A DNA stretch of 64,000 nt from Eledone cirrhosa (taxonomy: Eukaryota). Position 1 is the stretch's first letter; each line of letters starts with the position of its first letter. The position numbers and the translations under genes are program-made. The DNA lies in contig OZ024743.1 in the NCBI GenBank assembly GCA_964016885.1, forward strand, positions 209,932,001 through 209,996,000, in the 5' to 3' direction. Below the pieces are notes generated by a model. That model was not told where the DNA came from and made no database searches. It saw only the letters and a program-made list of their open reading frames with translations. Shown piece after piece: positions 60,001 through 64,000 of this stretch.

Positions 60001-63000
60001 ATGAAAGCTCTTCACTCCATAAGATATACCACAGTTTACCATCATATAGTCACAGATGAAAGCTGTTCACTCCATAAGATATACGACAGTTTACCATCGT
60101 ATAGCCACAGATGAAAGCTGTTCACTCCATAAGATATACCACAGTTTACCATCCTATAGCCAGATGAAAGCTCTTCACTCCATAAGATATACCACAGTTT
60201 ACCATCCTATAGCCAGATGAAAGCTCTTCACTCAATAAGATATACCACAGTTTACCATCCTATAGCCACAGATGAAAGCTCTTCACTCCATAAGATATAC
60301 CACAGTTTACCATCCTATAGCCACACATGAAAGCTCTTCACTCCATAAGATATACCACAGTTTACCATCCTATAGCCACAGATGAAAGCTCTTCACCCCA
60401 TAAGATATACCACAGTTTACCATCCTATTGCCACACATGAAAGCTCTTCACTCAATAAGATATACCACAGTTTACCATCCTATGGCCACACATGAAAGCT
60501 CTTCACCCCATAAGATATACCACAGTTTACCATCCTATAGCCAGATGAAAGCTCTTCACTCCATAAGATATACCACAGTTTACCATCCTATAGCCACACA
60601 TGAAAGCTCTTCACTCCATAAGATATACCACAGTTTATATTCCTATAGCCACACATAAAAGTTCTTCACTCGATAAGATATACCACAGTTTACCATCCTA
60701 TAGCCACACATGAAAGCTCTTCACTCCATAAGATATACCACAGTTTACCATCCTATAGCCAGATGAAAGCTCTTCACTCCATAAGATATACGACAGTTTA
60801 CCATCCTATAGCCACACATGAAAGCTCTTCAATCCATAAGATATACCTCAGTTTACCATCCTATAGCCACAGATGAAATCTCTTCACTCCATAAGATATA
60901 CCACAGTTTACCATCCTATAGCCACAGATGAAAGCTCTTCACTCCATAAGATATACCACAGTTTACCATCCTATAGCCACACATGAAAGCTCTTCACTCC
61001 ATAAGATATACCACAGTTTACCATCCTATAGCCACACATGAAAGCTCTTCAGCCCATAAGATATACCACAGTTTACCATCCTATAGCCACACATGAAAGC
61101 TCTTCACTCCATAAGATATACCACAGTTTACCATCCTATAGCCACACATGAAAGCTCTTCACTCCATAAGATATACCACAGTTTACCATCCTATAGCCAC
61201 AGATGAAAGCTCTTCACCCCATAAGATATACCACAGTTTACCATCCTATAGCCACACATGAAAGCTCTTCACCCCATAAGATATACCACAGTTTACCATC
61301 CTATTGCCACACATGAATGTTCTTCACTCGATAAGATATACCACAGTTTACCATCCAATAGCCACACATGAAAGCTCTTCACTCCATAAGACATACCACA
61401 GTTTACCATCCTATAGCCAGATGAAAGCTCTTCACTCCATAAGATATACGACAGTTTACCATCCTATAGCCACACATGAAAGCTCTTCAATCCATAAGAT
61501 ATACCCCAGTTCACCATCCTATAGCCAGATGAAAGCTCTTCACTCCATAAGATATACCACAGTTTACCACCCTATAGCCACAGATGAAAGCTCTTCACTC
61601 CATGAGATATACCACAGTTTACCATCCTATAGCCACAGATGAAAGCTCTTCACTCCATAAGATATACCACAGTTTACTATCCTATAGCCACACATGAGAG
61701 CTCTTCACCCCATAAGATATACCACAGTTTACCATCCTATAGCCAGATGAAAGCTCTTCACTCCGTAAAATATACCACAGTTTACCATCCTATAGCCACA
61801 CATGAAAGCTCTTCACTCCATAAGATATACCACAGTTTACCATCCTATAGCCACAGATGAAAGCTCTTCACTCCATAAGATATACCACAGTTTAACATCC
61901 TATAGCCACAGATGAAAGCTCTTCACTCCATACGATATACCACAGTTTACCATCCTATAGCCACAGATGAAAGCTTTTCACTCCATAAGATATACCACAG
62001 TTTACCATCCTATAGCCACACATGAAAGCTCTTCACTCCATAAGATATACCACAGTTTACCATATTATGGCGACACATGAAAGCTCTTCACCCCATAAGA
62101 TATACCACAGTTTACCATCCTATAGCCACACATGAAAGCTCTTCACTCCATAAGATATACCACAGTTTACCATCCTATAGCCACACATGAAAGCTCTTCA
62201 CTCCATAAGATATACCACAGTTTACCATCCTATAGCCACAGATGAAAGCTCTTCACCCCATAAGATATACCACAGTTTACCATCCTATAGCCACACATGA
62301 AAGCTCTTCACCCCATAAGATATACCACAGTTTACCATCCTATTGCCACACATGAAAGTTCTTCACTCGATAAGATATACCACAGTTTACCATCCAATAG
62401 CCACACATGAAAGCTCTTCACTCCATAAGATATACCACAGTTTACCATCCTATAGCCAGATGAAAGCTCTTCACTCCATAAGATATACGACAGTTTACCA
62501 TCCTATAGCCACACATGAAAGCTCTTCAATCCATAAGATATACCCCAGTTTACCATCCTATAGCCAGATGAAAGCTCTTCACTCCATAAGATATACCACA
62601 GTTTACCACCCTATAGCCACAGATGAAAGCTCTTCACTCCATGAGATATACCACAGTTTACCATCCTATAGCCATGCCACGGATGAAAGCTCTTCACTCC
62701 ATAAGATATACGACAGTTTACCATCCTATAGCCACACATGAAAGCTCTTCACTCGATAAGATATACCACAGTTTACCATCCTATAGCCACACATGAAAGC
62801 TCTTCACTCCATAAGATATCCCACAGTTTACCATCATATAGCCACACATGAAAGCTCTTCACTCCATAAGATATACCACAGTTTACCATCCTATAGCCAG
62901 ATGAAAGCTCTTCACTCCATAAGATATACCACAGTTTACCATCCTATAGCCACAGATGAAAGCTCTTCACTCCATAAGATATACCACAGTTTACCATCCT

Positions 63001-64000
63001 ATAGCCACAGATGAAAGCTCTTCACTCCATAAGATATACCACAGTTTACCATCCTATAGCCACAGATGAAAGCTCTTCACTCCATAAGATATACCACAGT
63101 TTACCATCCTATAGTCACAGATGAAAGCTGTTCACTCCATAAGATATACGACAGTTTACCATCGTATAGCCAGATGAAAGCTCTTCACTCCATAAGATAT
63201 ATCACAGTTTACCATCCTATAGCCACAGATGAAAGCTGTTCACTCCATAAGATATACCACAGTTTACCATCCTATAGCCAGATGAAAGCTCTTCACTCCA
63301 TAAGATATACCACAGTTTACCATCCTAAAGCCACAGATGAAAGCTCTTCACTCCATAAGATATACCACAGTTTACCATCCTATAGCCACAGATGAAAGCT
63401 GTTTACTCCATAAGATATACCACAGTTTACCATCCTATAGCCAGATGAAAGCTCTTCACTCCATAAGATATACCACAGTTTACCATCCTATAGCCACAGA
63501 TGAAAGCTGTTCACTCCATAAGATATACCACAGTTTACCATCCTATAGCCAGATGAAAGCTCTTCACTCCATAAGATATACCACAGTTTACCATCCTAAA
63601 GCCACAGATGAAAGCTCTTCACTCCATAAGATATACCACAGTTTACCATCCTATAGCCACAGATGAAAGCTCTTCACTCCATAAGATATACCACAGTTTA
63701 CCATCCTATAACCACAGATGAAAGCTCTTCACTCCATAAGATATACCACAGTTTACCATCCTATAGCCACAGATGAAAGCTCTTCACTCCATAAGATATA
63801 CCACAGTTTACCATCCTATAGCCACAGATGAAAGCTCTTCACCCCATAAGATATACCACAGTTTACCATCCTATAGCCACACATGAAAGCTCTTCACTCC
63901 ATAAGATATACCACAGTTTACCATCCTATAGCCACACATGAAAGCTCTTCACTCCATAAGATATACCACATTTTACCATCCTATAGCCACACATGAAAGC
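45100..64000 (+). repeat. Right sub-domain: shuffled copies of an about 3.1-3.4 kb higher-order unit
   Basis: Offsets 4821/4822 (48822/53643, 50300/55122), 3397 (53643/57040, 54840/58237, 55122/58519) and 6297 (56046/62343, 56496/62793, 57040/63337). Domain markers: GCCATGCCACGG, CATCCAATAG, GATATCCCAC, CCATACGATA. Confidence 0.8.

Larger units (their letters stand above)
1..64000 (+). repeat. 55-bp satellite DNA tandem array (about 1,170 monomers), extending beyond both window ends
   Basis: Every line is a permutation of ATGAAAGCTCTTCACTCCATAAGATATACCACAGTTTACCATCCTATAGCCACA(G/C). First full monomer is 11-65. Monomers usually carry 0-3 substitutions, all in the same orientation. Length variants: 53 bp (...ATAGCCAG), 60 bp (...GCCACGCCACGG, GTCAAGCCACGG, GCCATGCCACGG), rare 54 bp. 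Copy number is 64000 divided by about 54.7. Confidence 0.99.

Noticed and set aside
454-63666. About 100 His/Ser/Tyr/Thr-rich ORFs (MKALHSIRYTTVYHPIAT...) as a repetitive peptide gene family
   Set aside because: They follow from arithmetic. Two frames of the monomer are open and the third has stops. A 55-mer shifts the frame, a 53-mer skips the stop frame (55+53 = 108 bp = 36 aa), and a 60-mer adds 20 aa. This gives the observed 73/109/145/181 and 93/129 aa lengths. There is no promoter, signal peptide, frame preservation or synonymous bias. Ribosome profiling or proteomics would be needed to revive the idea.
1-64000. CRISPR array or other repeat-spacer system
   Set aside because: There are no unique spacers: monomers abut directly and vary only by point changes. 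No cas genes or leader are present.
1-64000. Telomerase-type or mitochondrial telomeric repeat, suggested by the C/G strand skew
   Set aside because: The unit is far longer than known telomerase repeats, and variants are inherited in kb blocks, which indicates recombination or duplication rather than templated addition. No chromosome end is visible. A subtelomeric or recombination-maintained terminal location cannot be excluded from this window.
1-64000. Information-bearing code in the G/C and 53/55/60 monomer order
   Set aside because: The order is accounted for by nested duplication history. Nothing in the window suggests a reader or writer mechanism.
1-64000. Internal tandem array of a Helitron/MITE or a G-quadruplex array
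   Set aside because: No element termini or transposase sequence are in the window, and the consensus minus strand has only GG doublets with long loops.

Overview
The whole 64 kb window is one uninterrupted head-to-tail tandem array of a 55-bp satellite monomer, roughly 1,170 copies. The consensus is ATGAAAGCTCTTCACTCCATAAGATATACCACAGTTTACCATCCTATAGCCACA(G/C): 40% GC, strongly C-over-G skewed on +, and CpG-free. Recurrent 53-bp and 60-bp length variants occur. By eye I found no unique sequence, inversion, transposon insertion, RNA gene or CRISPR spacer. All ORFs in the track are explained by monomer-length arithmetic and are not called genes. The real structure lies in the variant pattern: nested kb-scale duplications (offsets 2470, 2371 inside 6061, 3245, 1640, about 3550, 3397, 4821, 6297 bp), left and right sub-domains with different diagnostic variants, a more diverged unduplicated zone at about 35.5-38.2 kb, and a conserved order of marker monomers suggesting an older higher-order repeat. 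This looks like eukaryotic heterochromatic (centromeric, pericentromeric or subtelomeric) satellite DNA. I do not recognise the family or organism, and I see no solid evidence for a novel gene system.
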